Shown one piece after another: positions 8,519 through 19,573 of a DNA stretch of 32,000 nucleotides. The stretch is from positions 3,360,001 to 3,392,000 of the forward strand of contig NC_014148.1 of NCBI RefSeq assembly GCF_000092105.1. The letters are read 5' to 3'. Each line of letters starts with the position of its first letter. Within the stretch, counting starts at the first letter, position 1. A program made the translations under genes and the position numbers. The notes beneath the pieces were generated by a model. That model did no database searches, was not told the DNA's origin, and saw only the letters and a list, made by a program, of their open reading frames with translations. Source of the DNA: Planctopirus limnophila DSM 3776 (GTDB lineage: Bacteria > Planctomycetota > Planctomycetia > Planctomycetales > Planctomycetaceae).

Positions 8519-9994
8519 ATGCGTAACACCCTCGCAACTCAATTGATTTTTGATCTCTCGAGCCCAGGCCGCAGAGCGGCTCGACTACCTCAGTGCGATG
8601 TTCCCAACCGAGCGGTTGAGGAACTCATTCCCGCAAAGTTTCTCGCCCAAAAACCACTTCCACTCCCGGAAGTCGCCGAGCCCGATATTGTTCGTCACTA
8701 TGTCAATCTTTCTACCTTGAATATGTCGGTGGATACGCACTTCTACCCGCTGGGGAGTTGCACGATGAAATACAACCCCAAGCGTCATGAGCGTCTTTCC
8801 AAACTCGGCGGCATTGTAGACGTTCACCCTTATCAGCATGCAGACCGTATGCAGGGCCTGCTCGCGATTCTGTACGAAATGCAGAACATGCTGGGTGAAA
8901 TCGCGGGGCTGCCTGCTGTTTCCCTCCAGCCCGCCGCTGGTGCTCAAGGTGAACTCACGGCCTTGATGGTGGCTGCCGCCTACTTCCGTGACAAAGGTGA
9001 AAACCGCCGCAAGGTGCTATTTCCCGCCAGTGCCCACGGAACGAATCCAGCCAGTGCTGCCATTGCAGGTTTTGACTGTGTCCAGTTGCCAGCCACTGCC
9101 AATGGCCTCATGGATGTCGAAGAACTGCGAAAGCATGCCGACAGCTCGACAGCCTGTCTCATGGTGACCAATCCGAATACGCTCGGCCTTTTCGAAAAAC
9201 AGATCGCTGAAGTGGCCAAGATCATTCACGATGTGGGCGGTCTCGTTTACATCGATGGTGCCAACATGAATGCCATCATGGGCATCACCCGCCCCGGTGA
9301 CTTCGGCGGCGACATGATGCATTACAATGTCCACAAAACATTCACAGGCCCACACGGAGCCGGTGGACCAGGGTCAGGCCCGATTGCTGTCCGCGATTTC
9401 CTGAAGCCTTACCTCCCGGCACCAATCATCGAAAAATCGACTGCCGAAAACGGCCAGACTGTCTATCAACTCGTCACGCCCGAGAAGACCATTGGTAAAG
9501 TCCGTACCTTCTTCGGAAATGTCGGCATCCTTATTCGAGGCTACTGCTACTTAAGAACTTTAGGCCCAGAAGGTGTTCGCAAAGCTGCCGAACACGCCAT
9601 TCTCAATGCCAACTACCTCAAAGCCATCCTGAAGGACATTCTTCCTGCCGCTCATGGCGAATACTGCCTTCACGAGTTCGTCGCTTCCGCCTCCAAACTC
9701 TCCAAAGAAAAGCACATTTCGGCCATGGATATCGCCAAACGCCTGCTCGATTTTGGCTTCCATGCACCGACCGTCTATTTCCCGCTCGTCGTGCCTGAAG
9801 CTCTGATGATGGAACCGACTGAGACGGAATCCAAAGCCACACTCGATGCCTTCGCCGAAACTATTCGCAAGATCACCGAGGAATCCGCCGAGTTCCTGCA
9901 CGATGCTCCACATTCGCTGCCAGTCAGCCGCCCCAACGACGTCCAGGCGGCCCGGCAGCCAGTCCTCTCCTGGAGTCCGAAAGTTGGAGTGTGA
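8519..9994 (+). CDS. gcvPB: Glycine dehydrogenase (decarboxylating) subunit 2
   Basis: MRNTLATQLIFDLSSPGRRA...FYPLGSCTMKYNPK...NLHKTF-type PLP-lysine block (HYNVHKTFTGPHGAGGPG). The track ORF begins at TTG 8426; ATG 8519 fits the usual N-terminus. Confidence 0.93.
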   Translation: MRNTLATQLIFDLSSPGRRAARLPQCDVPNRAVEELIPAKFLAQKPLPLPEVAEPDIVRHYVNLSTLNMSVDTHFYPLGSCTMKYNPKRHERLSKLGGIVDVHPYQHADRMQGLLAILYEMQNMLGEIAGLPAVSLQPAAGAQGELTALMVAAAYFRDKGENRRKVLFPASAHGTNPASAAIAGFDCVQLPATANGLMDVEELRKHADSSTACLMVTNPNTLGLFEKQIAEVAKIIHDVGGLVYIDGANMNAIMGITRPGDFGGDMMHYNVHKTFTGPHGAGGPGSGPIAVRDFLKPYLPAPIIEKSTAENGQTVYQLVTPEKTIGKVRTFFGNVGILIRGYCYLRTLGPEGVRKAAEHAILNANYLKAILKDILPAAHGEYCLHEFVASASKLSKEKHISAMDIAKRLLDFGFHAPTVYFPLVVPEALMMEPTETESKATLDAFAETIRKITEESAEFLHDAPHSLPVSRPNDVQAARQPVLSWSPKVGV

Positions 9995-10186
9995 TCCAAA
10001 TAAGTTTTGATCTCTGAACTAAAAATTTCACCTGAGCCCTGCTCATGTCAACCCCTGTCATTTGATCCCAAGCGACGACGACATCTGCCGGGCTTCTTTT
10101 ATTCCAGTGGGCAGGTCGAACGGATACCAGGCAAAGAGACTCAGAAATTCGCCCCGCTCAGTCCCCAGCCTGGGGTCACCCTATCA

Positions 10187-10933
10187 ATGACAATGTCCCC
10201 CATGCGCCAACTCGAACACTGCCATATCATTCTCGAACCACAGCCACTTTCGGGGTTCGAGAATATGCGCCGGGATGCCTTACTCTTGAGCGGCGCAGCG
10301 ACGAGCCAATGGCCAGAGCAGGCTGGTATTCTTCGATTCTACGCCTGGAATGAACCCACGCTCTCCATCGGCTACTTTCAGAAACTCGAAGCCATTGTTG
10401 CCACTCCCCGCTGGCAATCTCTGCCAGTGGTTCGAAGGCTTTCAGGTGGTGGTGCCATTCTCCATGACCGCGAATGGACTTACAGCCTGACAGTCCCCCA
10501 TTGGCCACAACTCGTCGAAAAGCCGCACGAACTCTATGCCACAATTCATCAACCCATTGTTGATGTCCTGAACTCCATCGGCATTCCCGCACAGTTCCGT
10601 GGGGTCACCACTCACTTGCCAATGGAACCTGATCTCTGCTTTCTCCGCACGGACGAAAACGACCTCGTCATCGGGCATCAGAAAATCCTGGGAAGTGCCC
10701 AGCGCAGGCGAAAAGGCTCACTCTTACAACATGGCAGCCTGATTCTCAGCAGCTCGCCAGTGACTCCCGAAATCCACGGCGTCAGCGATATCTGTGGGAC
10801 ACAATTCAACGAGTCTCACCGTTTGGTACTCGCCACAAAAATCGCCAGCCACATCAGCCAGCAGGTTCACATTCACAACGACTGGCCCGCCGAACTGAGT
10901 TCTCTCCTGAATGAAGCCGAGACATCCGCCTGA
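10187..10933 (+). CDS. Lipoate-protein ligase / octanoyltransferase family protein (BPL/LPL catalytic domain only)
   Basis: FENMRRDALLL...LRFYAWNEPTLSIGYFQ...VVRRLSGGGAILHD...HQKILGSAQRRRKGSLLQHGSLIL follows the LplA/LipM/LipL catalytic-domain pattern (RRxSGGGAV-H, K-hxGxAQ). It lies directly after gcvH-gcvPA-gcvPB. Start set at ATG 10187 (track: TTG 10007). Confidence 0.75.
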   Translation: MTMSPMRQLEHCHIILEPQPLSGFENMRRDALLLSGAATSQWPEQAGILRFYAWNEPTLSIGYFQKLEAIVATPRWQSLPVVRRLSGGGAILHDREWTYSLTVPHWPQLVEKPHELYATIHQPIVDVLNSIGIPAQFRGVTTHLPMEPDLCFLRTDENDLVIGHQKILGSAQRRRKGSLLQHGSLILSSSPVTPEIHGVSDICGTQFNESHRLVLATKIASHISQQVHIHNDWPAELSSLLNEAETSA

Positions 10934-11352
10934 TCCCGCACGAGCCACAGCAACCACTCACACTGGAATTCTCACTTAGAAAAGCGATGGCACGCCAAAC
11001 TCTTTCTCCATCAAGAAGACATCCACTGTGGTAATATCTCCAACTTCATGACCACCAGATTTTGAATAGCCAAAAACACAAGCTCATGTTCAAAAAAACA
11101 ACGACAAACCATTGACCTTTGAACACATCGAGAAAGAATTCTAATTCAGTTCGAATTCAGAAACTTCATTGATTGACGCTCTCGCCGTTGACTGGTAGCG
11201 TGAAACAATCAAGGAATTGCTAACGGTAATTGTTTTTCATTTGTTACGTCTCGACTGCATATCGCAAAACGTATCTAAATATTTCGTCTTCATTCTCCCC
11301 TTGTCGTCAGCCATTGTTCATCGTCTCAGAGAATCCATCATCGGGGTAACCG

Positions 11353-11373
11353 TCTTTTGAATGATTCAAAAGA
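11353..11373. promoter_or_regulatory. Perfect 10+1+10 palindrome TCTTTTGAAT-G-ATTCAAAAGA, candidate operator
   Basis: Read directly from the sequence. It sits about 50 nt upstream of the FHA-gene ATG, inside a roughly 490-nt AT-rich intergenic region. Confidence 0.3.
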
Positions 11374-11422
11374 TTCCTGCCCGGCAGATTTCATCCGGTA
11401 AGATCCTGGGAGCAGCCAACTC

Positions 11423-12475
11423 ATGCTCAAAGCAGAGTTAAAAATCCTCGTTGGTAAGCATCAGGGAAAAGTCATTCCCCTGGCAGCGAGAAAGTTTCTC
11501 GTTGGCCGTGAACAGGATTGCCACTTGAGGCCCAATAGTGATCTTGTCAGTCGGCACCACTGTGTCTTCACCATCGACGATTATGCCGTCCGCCTGAGAG
11601 ACTTAGGCAGTACTAACGGCACACAGGTCAATGGTGAGAACATTCGCGGAGAAGTGATTCTCAACGAAGGTGATCAGGTCACCATTGGCAAACTGGAACT
11701 GCAACTGCTCCTCAAAACGGAAGCCAGTATCGAGACACAATCCGCAGCGGAAGCTCGCCAAGGCACCGCAGCATTAGGCACTGCTGTCCATGAGGAAAAT
11801 GCTGCCCGTGCGACTTTGGAACTGGCCAACTTCTCGATGGCCTTGCCTGTGGATACAGCAGCTCAAGACACCAGCTATGAAATGGTGGCTTACACTCCAG
11901 AGGTCACTCCTGTCGCCACTGGCGATACAGCCATTGTGGGGAGTCCTCCTCCGCCTTTAGCCCCTGCACCTCCTCCGGGCTACGCCAACGTCGGAGCACC
12001 TCCGCAAGGTTATCCCCCCCAGCCATACCCGGCTGGCATGCCCCAGTACCAGAATCCTCAATACCCCGGCATGACCAATCCTGGCATGGGTTACCCAAAT
12101 GCAGGCTATCCTGCCGCCAGCTATCCACCGGCTGGCTACCCACAGGGAATGTATCCCGCCGGCTATCCCATGCCGGGCTACCCTCAGCAGGCCTATCCGG
12201 GGGGGCCAGTTTATCCAGGACAATCTCCCGCATATCCACAAACGGCGCCCATGCCCGGCTATGCCCCTCAACCGGTGGAAACACCTCAGGCACAGGGGCC
12301 TTCAGCCGGTGTCGTCCCGCCACCGATCAGGCTCCCCAATCCTGAAGAGACCGGCGCTGTCGAAGTCGCACCACCTCCTGCTGCTGGTGGCCCTTCACCT
12401 TCTAAAACGGAAAAACCTTCAGATAAAGCGGGCGATATCATCAAGCAGTACTTGAATCGACGTGGTGGTCGCTGA
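11423..12475 (+). CDS. FHA-domain protein with long Pro/Tyr/Gly-rich low-complexity C-terminal region
   Basis: The N-terminal 100 aa contain FLVGREQDCHLRPNSDLVSRHHCVF...LRDLGSTNGTQVNGENI (FHA G-R...S-xx-H...S-T-N-G signature). Residues from about 170 to 300 are reiterated (G/A)YP(P/Q/A) units. Confidence 0.85.
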   Translation: MLKAELKILVGKHQGKVIPLAARKFLVGREQDCHLRPNSDLVSRHHCVFTIDDYAVRLRDLGSTNGTQVNGENIRGEVILNEGDQVTIGKLELQLLLKTEASIETQSAAEARQGTAALGTAVHEENAARATLELANFSMALPVDTAAQDTSYEMVAYTPEVTPVATGDTAIVGSPPPPLAPAPPPGYANVGAPPQGYPPQPYPAGMPQYQNPQYPGMTNPGMGYPNAGYPAASYPPAGYPQGMYPAGYPMPGYPQQAYPGGPVYPGQSPAYPQTAPMPGYAPQPVETPQAQGPSAGVVPPPIRLPNPEETGAVEVAPPPAAGGPSPSKTEKPSDKAGDIIKQYLNRRGGR

Positions 12476-12704
12476 TTTCTGGGCTCTCGCTCTTTGATCA
12501 TCCCCAAGAGATCATCCCCAAGATTCTCAACCTAAAGTCTTTTCAGCATTCATCCCGGCTCTTGGAAGGAATGAGTGAAATTCTGATTCAAACTGAGACT
12601 CAGATCTTGACCTCGCCCTGCAAAATGCCCAGAACAATTGTGTCTGAGCATTCATTGAACAGGATATCGCCTGGCTCCACTCTTCGGCTTGCTGGAATCT
12701 TTTT

Positions 12705-12914
12705 ATGAGCACTGCGGATACCAATGCTGCTGAACAGCAGAGACGTTACCGGGAATTTCTCGACCTGATGCCTCTCACCTTATCCCTGGCCGGGCTCCCG
12801 CAAAGCGACTCCGGGAAATACTACACGGAAGAGCAGATCGAAGTGCGTGCCTTTGCCGTCAGGCACGCCTACAAAGTCGCTCGGCAACTGGTTCGCGAAG
12901 CTGTCAATCGTTAG
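12705..12914 (+). CDS. Small hypothetical protein (69 aa)
   Basis: ATG-initiated ORF that fills the gap between the FHA and sigma-factor genes. Amino-acid composition looks protein-like and helical. No recognisable motif. Confidence 0.4.
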   Translation: MSTADTNAAEQQRRYREFLDLMPLTLSLAGLPQSDSGKYYTEEQIEVRAFAVRHAYKVARQLVREAVNR

Positions 12915-13001
12915 CGATTTTCCGACCCATGGATGCGGGTCGTCGGCAGGTTTCAGCATTTTGAAACCACACCCCAGACAAGCGGGTATTTTCAAACAGG
13001 G

Positions 13002-13580
13002 ATGCATGGAATGACTGAAACGTCGGAAATCCAGCTTGTCGATCGTTGCCTCGAGGGTGAACCTGACGCGACAGTTCTCTTCGTGCGCAAATTTGAGCGA
13101 CTCGTCTATTCCATTGCAATCCGCATGCTGGGACATCATCAGGATGCGGAAGATGTCACCCAGGAATCACTCACGCGGGCCATCAGGCATCTGGGTAACT
13201 GGAATCCCGCACGTCCGCTGAAACCCTGGCTGTTAGCGATTGTCGTCAACCGCTGCAAATCCAGACTGAGCTTGAAATCTCGTCCGCAGGGATCTTCCCT
13301 CGAAGAGCATTCGGCACAGCACCTCAGTGTCCCGGCAACTCAGACGCAATCGGCCATCCAGGCAGAGACCGCACTTCAAATTCAAGTGGCTATGGAGAGC
13401 CTTAAGCCCGAATATCGACAGGTCTTTGAATTGTTTTACAAAGAAGAGCGATCTGTCGATGAAATCTCTCAACTCCTGAATGTTCCTGAAGGAACCGTCA
13501 AGACCTGGCTCCATCGCGGTCGCAAGGCTCTCGCAACAATTCTCAAAGAGCGACAACTCATTTCCGAATCCTCAAAATGA
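13002..13580 (+). CDS. RNA polymerase sigma-70 factor, ECF subfamily
   Basis: Region 2 (LVDRCLEGEPDA...FERLVYSIAIRMLGHHQDAEDVTQESL) and region 4 (YRQVFELFYKEERSVDEISQLLNVPEGTVKTWLHRGRKAL). Alternative in-frame ATGs at 12933 and 13011. Confidence 0.85.
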   Translation: MHGMTETSEIQLVDRCLEGEPDATVLFVRKFERLVYSIAIRMLGHHQDAEDVTQESLTRAIRHLGNWNPARPLKPWLLAIVVNRCKSRLSLKSRPQGSSLEEHSAQHLSVPATQTQSAIQAETALQIQVAMESLKPEYRQVFELFYKEERSVDEISQLLNVPEGTVKTWLHRGRKALATILKERQLISESSK

Positions 13581-13648
13581 GCTTCAGGCAATGTGAAACC
13601 TCTAGGGATTCCATTTTTAGGGATTCCATTTTTGATCATGGGTGAATC

Positions 13649-14620
13649 GTGGATTGCCATCAATTTCATACAGAACTGGACAGCCTGAATTCTGCCAACA
13701 CCGAACTTGATCATTCCTTGTTGAGCGAACCCGCCCGGAAACATTTGCTCAATTGTCCGGATTGCCTGACTCACTGGCATGACGAAACACAGCTCAGCGC
13801 AGCCATCTCAACCTGGAAAAATTCAACCTCGAAAAAGTCCTCCGCTGCGCCTCTCCAGAGTCGAGTCAGTCGCAAATCCCCAACCAACAGCACAGCAACC
13901 CGGCATATTCAACAAGGCCGCTACATCACTCGCTGGGCCATCACCACCATTGCAGCCTGCCTTGTGCTGGGAGTGCTCGCATTTCGTGCACCTAGCTCCA
14001 TTGAAATCGTTGTTTCAACCTTCGATACCCATCGTCCGGCGGCAACTTCCGCACCACTATGGATCACCGCTGCGACATTATCGGCCAGCCAGTTCTCAGC
14101 CAGCCAGTTCTCAGGCGGTTCATCTCCTGACCAGACAGTCAGATTCTCACCTGCTTCTCAAACGAAGGCTGGGACTTCAGAATTCCACACAGCAGCGATG
14201 CAACCCTCGGATTCGATACCTGCAGCAGGTTCAACCAGCCGGCCGGAGTTGACCACCTACCTGTCATTGAGCCAGCCGGCGCTCCCTCTGGCGAAGCTGC
14301 GAGAACCGGTCGAGGCCTGGAACTCCAAACTTCAGCAAAAGCATCAGGGTCCATTTCTGGAAACTGTCGGCGGGCTTTATGTCCCTGTCCCTGCTCCACC
14401 CGTCGAGCAATGGCAGCAGGTCGCAGTCACTGTCGCTCCACTCAGCCAACACCTGGCTGATGCCTTTGCTGTCCTCTGCTCCCCCTTCCGGCAGTCAGAA
14501 GCGGAGCCTGTGGATATCCCCGGGGCATACAACGTCCCCTCATCCACCTACGAGTTTTCTCCACTGCCTTCCAGCAACAAACTCTCTCCTTATGGAAATC
14601 CAGCCTCCAGCCTGAGTTAG
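13649..14620 (+). CDS. Putative anti-sigma factor (ZAS-type HxxxCxxC N-terminus, one TM helix, Ser/Pro-rich extracytoplasmic part)
   Basis: GTG start 69 nt after the sigma gene. The N-terminus MDCHQF...ARKHLLNCPDCLTHW contains H-x3-C-x2-C. Hydrophobic segment WAITTIAACLVLGVLAF. The position immediately downstream of an ECF sigma gene also fits. Confidence 0.6.
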   Translation: MDCHQFHTELDSLNSANTELDHSLLSEPARKHLLNCPDCLTHWHDETQLSAAISTWKNSTSKKSSAAPLQSRVSRKSPTNSTATRHIQQGRYITRWAITTIAACLVLGVLAFRAPSSIEIVVSTFDTHRPAATSAPLWITAATLSASQFSASQFSGGSSPDQTVRFSPASQTKAGTSEFHTAAMQPSDSIPAAGSTSRPELTTYLSLSQPALPLAKLREPVEAWNSKLQQKHQGPFLETVGGLYVPVPAPPVEQWQQVAVTVAPLSQHLADAFAVLCSPFRQSEAEPVDIPGAYNVPSSTYEFSPLPSSNKLSPYGNPASSLS

Positions 14621-14666
14621 TTCTGCGCCAGCAAGTGCATTTCACTCGAACTGACCGAGCATGTCT

Positions 14667-16760
<2,094 letters not shown>

Positions 16761-16871
16761 TTGACGCTCGTGAGTTTTTCAGGGTGCTACTGCTGGCTGG
16801 CCAGCAGTGCTCCTTGCCTGAACCAGAAGTTGTTATTCTTTGAACAACACCGCCCAAAAACCAACAACTCC

Positions 16872-16892
16872 CGGAGTCTGCCTCAGACTCCG
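16872..16892. terminator. Candidate bidirectional intrinsic terminator between convergent eno and prenyltransferase-like gene
   Basis: 9-bp perfect stem CGGAGTCTG / CAGACTCCG with a 3-nt loop. It is followed by AGAGTTTGCGTTTCATTT on the + strand and by GAGTTGTTGGTTTTTGGG on the - strand. Two weaker hairpins lie nearby (about 16789-16810 and about 16833-16853). Confidence 0.4.
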
Positions 16893-16952
16893 AGAGTTTG
16901 CGTTTCATTTCGACCTACTGACAACCGTCCACATTGTTCGTGACCGCGGCAC

Positions 16953-18101
16953 TCATTTTCTTCCCACACATCGATTGAGTGCCACCAGCGCATAAGCTGT
17001 CGCCAGATTCGGGTCGCCTTCCATCCATCGGCTCGAACGATCATTCAGCCAGTTTCCATTGGCTTTCTGGAGTGCAATCAACTGAAGAGCCAGCTCATTC
17101 CTCCAGTTATGTTTTGCTCCCTTGGCATCAGTAAACTCATTGACACCATTTGCTTCCATCGCCTTGGCAAACAGATAGTAATAGTAGTAAAGACCACCCG
17201 CGCCCAGCCCCGGATTCTCTTCCAGCGTATAGTTTTTACTGATCCAGTCGAGGGCCGCTTTAACTCTCGGATCATCCGCCTTTAAGCCTGCATAGAGCAT
17301 GCTCTTAAATCCGGCATAAGTCATGCTTCCATACGACCGCAAGCCCCCTTCATCGGATTGTCCCGCAGGCGAAACACCGGGGCCATTGGGGTTGTAATAG
17401 AAACCTCCGTCATTAATCTTGGCAGCTTGCGGAGTCGTATTATGCTCAGATTCCAGGTTCTGACATCGCGACAGAAAAACCAGGGCCTTCTGGACGGCCG
17501 GGTCTTGTTCAGTCGCGCCTGTCGCCTTGAGAGCATCCAGAAAAAAGACCGTGTTGGACAGATCGGGCTTACCACCGCCCGCTTTGTAGCCCGCACCGCC
17601 GTAGGCGATGTCGGCTTTGTCGGTATTGTTCGCCTCACTATATTGAGCGCCACGCAAATACTGCTCCGCCTTTTTGATGATCTCCGTGAACTGTCCCTCG
17701 GCATTACCAGCAACTAACGCCATCACGGAAACCGAAGTTTCATAACTCGCATGCGGGCTGCCAGGGGCGGCAATTTCTCCCGTTGGCTGGGCATAACCTG
17801 CGATCCGCTGTAATCCCTTAGCCACCACAGGATCAGTCACCGGCACACCCGCATCAATCAACGCATAAACCACGAGAGCCGTAATCCCCGAGGTACGCGG
17901 CGTCGTCCAACTCCCATCCTTCATCTGCGAAGTTTTCAGGAATTCGATCGCCTTGGCCCGTGACTGATCAACGTTTGCGGCGAGCCCCTCCTCCGCCCCT
18001 TCACAAGTCGACGAAACAGGATGCACAATGTCACTCGCCTCGAACGACACCGGTAAAACGAAACAACCCGCCATCAGCGCTGCCCAACAGATTCCCCGCA
18101 T
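16953..18101 (-). CDS. Secreted prenyltransferase / squalene-oxidase-repeat (terpene-cyclase-like alpha-alpha toroid) protein
   Basis: 382-aa ORF with an N-terminal signal-like segment (WAALMAGCFVLPV). Periodic repeats contain DGSW / DGGFYY / ANGNW aromatic-Gly motifs and Ala/Leu-rich helices, as in PF13243/PF13249-type repeats. Confidence 0.6.
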   Translation of the reverse strand: MRGICWAALMAGCFVLPVSFEASDIVHPVSSTCEGAEEGLAANVDQSRAKAIEFLKTSQMKDGSWTTPRTSGITALVVYALIDAGVPVTDPVVAKGLQRIAGYAQPTGEIAAPGSPHASYETSVSVMALVAGNAEGQFTEIIKKAEQYLRGAQYSEANNTDKADIAYGGAGYKAGGGKPDLSNTVFFLDALKATGATEQDPAVQKALVFLSRCQNLESEHNTTPQAAKINDGGFYYNPNGPGVSPAGQSDEGGLRSYGSMTYAGFKSMLYAGLKADDPRVKAALDWISKNYTLEENPGLGAGGLYYYYYLFAKAMEANGVNEFTDAKGAKHNWRNELALQLIALQKANGNWLNDRSSRWMEGDPNLATAYALVALNRCVGRK

Positions 18102-18475
18102 GCTCGAACTCCTTCCCTAACCCGGCCATCTCACCACAATCTTTGCGAATACCGATTCTACTGGCTGCAAGAGATGTTCCAGAGAGAAAAGTTTGCCACA
18201 AGGTCGCAGAGAGTCGCTTTTGAACATCGGCAAAACCGAATCTGCCAGCGTCTTGCATCACCCGAACCGACACCTTGTCGCACCAAACACAGAACCGTCG
18301 CGCGTCACGCCAACCGTGATATCATTTTGGTTGAACTCTGACCCACCCGACGAAATTCTGCAGAACCACGATTCCCCAACATTCGGGAAGGTTGGGCAAA
18401 CTTCGCTGCTCGCTTGGACCACGCGGAAAATTTTCGCTCCTTCTCCCAAAAGAAGTTTTCCGCTCGCTCCCCTCG

Positions 18476-18495
18476 GAGTGTAAGCTCATACACTC
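18476..18495. promoter_or_regulatory. Inverted repeat GAGTGTA-agctca-TACACTC upstream of gene A
   Basis: 7-bp perfect arms with a 6-nt spacer, read directly. It lies about 40 nt upstream of ATG 18536, so it could be an operator or a 5'-UTR hairpin. Confidence 0.25.
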
Positions 18496-18535
18496 AGGTG
18501 CCAGTGGCCAAATCGACATCTTTGCGGGTCAGCCA

Positions 18536-19513
18536 ATGTCCACGACTTCGCCAGTTGTTCTCACTTCCCAACTGATCATTGCCCGTCTGCTAATCCCGCA
18601 GGCCAAGGCCCCCACACCAGCCACGCTCGCCAAGAGTCTCGCTCCTCTCTTCACCCAGCAGTACTCCGCCGGTGAATGGCGCGCCCTGTTCGACGAAGCC
18701 CTCGCCGCCACGCGTGCGGCCGGTCATGTGGAAGCGATCAAACTCATCCTTACCCCCGAGGGAATGGCCGCTGCCCTCGAGTTCTGCGGCTTCACCCGCG
18801 AGGAAGCACTTCCCAAGAACCTCCGCTGGAAACAACTCCTCGACAAGTACATCACGCCCCGGCTCTGCGGCTTCGCCCCGCCCGGCCCGAAAGCCAAACA
18901 CGCGGATCATCTCCTCATCGAGTTCCTCAAGCAGAGCCATCAACTCGCAGGGCCGATCACATCACTCAGCCAACTCCTCGTGGCCCTTGCCTGGAAGGAG
19001 CTGGGCATCGACTCACGGAAGAAGTTCACGCCAGCCAATGTCCTCGCCAAAGTCTCCCTGAACACCGACCGCACGCTGACGACCGCCCCCCTCGCCAAGC
19101 TGCTCTCCCAACAGTTGCTGGGAGACTCCGGCAAAGATTTCGCCCAATCACTGATCCGCCAGAAGATCCGGCAAGCCGCCACCACTCCCTCAGGCCACGT
19201 TCCGCACGCATCGCCCAACTTCACTCTGGCCGACATCCACGCCGCCCTCCCGCAGATTCCCGCCGGCCCGCTCGGCACGCACCGGGTTTTCATCCGCGAC
19301 CTGTGGCAACACCTCCCCCCAGATCGACGGGGCACGCTCGACGAATTCCGCCCGGCGCTGCTCGCCCTCCACAAGAGCCAGCAAGTGCGACTCGTCCGGG
19401 CCGACCTCACCGACCGCCTCGATCCGAGGGCCGTCGAAGAATCCCGCATCGAGGATGGCCCAGCCACATATCACCTCCTTGTGAGGGAAATCAAACCACC
19501 AGCCACCCCTTAA
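18536..19513 (+). CDS. Hypothetical protein (gene A of candidate two-gene NTPase system); no recognisable motif
   Basis: Long open frame with protein-like, Ala/Leu-rich helical composition. ATG at 18536; the track extends to TTG 18392. It ends 60 nt before the co-directional large ATPase gene. The alternative-frame 363-aa ORF is Arg/Pro-rich junk typical of off-frame GC-rich DNA. Confidence 0.7.
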   Translation: MSTTSPVVLTSQLIIARLLIPQAKAPTPATLAKSLAPLFTQQYSAGEWRALFDEALAATRAAGHVEAIKLILTPEGMAAALEFCGFTREEALPKNLRWKQLLDKYITPRLCGFAPPGPKAKHADHLLIEFLKQSHQLAGPITSLSQLLVALAWKELGIDSRKKFTPANVLAKVSLNTDRTLTTAPLAKLLSQQLLGDSGKDFAQSLIRQKIRQAATTPSGHVPHASPNFTLADIHAALPQIPAGPLGTHRVFIRDLWQHLPPDRRGTLDEFRPALLALHKSQQVRLVRADLTDRLDPRAVEESRIEDGPATYHLLVREIKPPATP

Positions 19514-19573
19514 GCACCCTCTACGTTTCCTATTTGTCTATTAGCCAACATTCTTACCTCAAGGCCTTACGAC

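Noticed and set aside
12496-12523. 14-bp perfect tandem duplication GATCATCCCCAAGA x2, starting 21 nt after the FHA-gene stop.
   Set aside because: Only two copies with no hairpin potential. It could be a slippage scar or a binding-site pair, but nothing in the sequence supports a function.
12961-12990. Possible ECF-type autoregulated promoter (GAAAC ... CGT) upstream of the sigma-factor gene.
   Set aside because: A GAAAC is present at 12963-12967, but the expected CGT(C) -10 element is absent at 16-17 nt spacing.
14084-14113. 15-bp perfect tandem duplication GCCAGCCAGTTCTCA x2 inside the anti-sigma gene (encodes SASQF SASQF).
   Set aside because: It is in frame, only two copies, and within a low-complexity Ser-rich region. 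It looks like an ordinary slippage duplication with no evident function.
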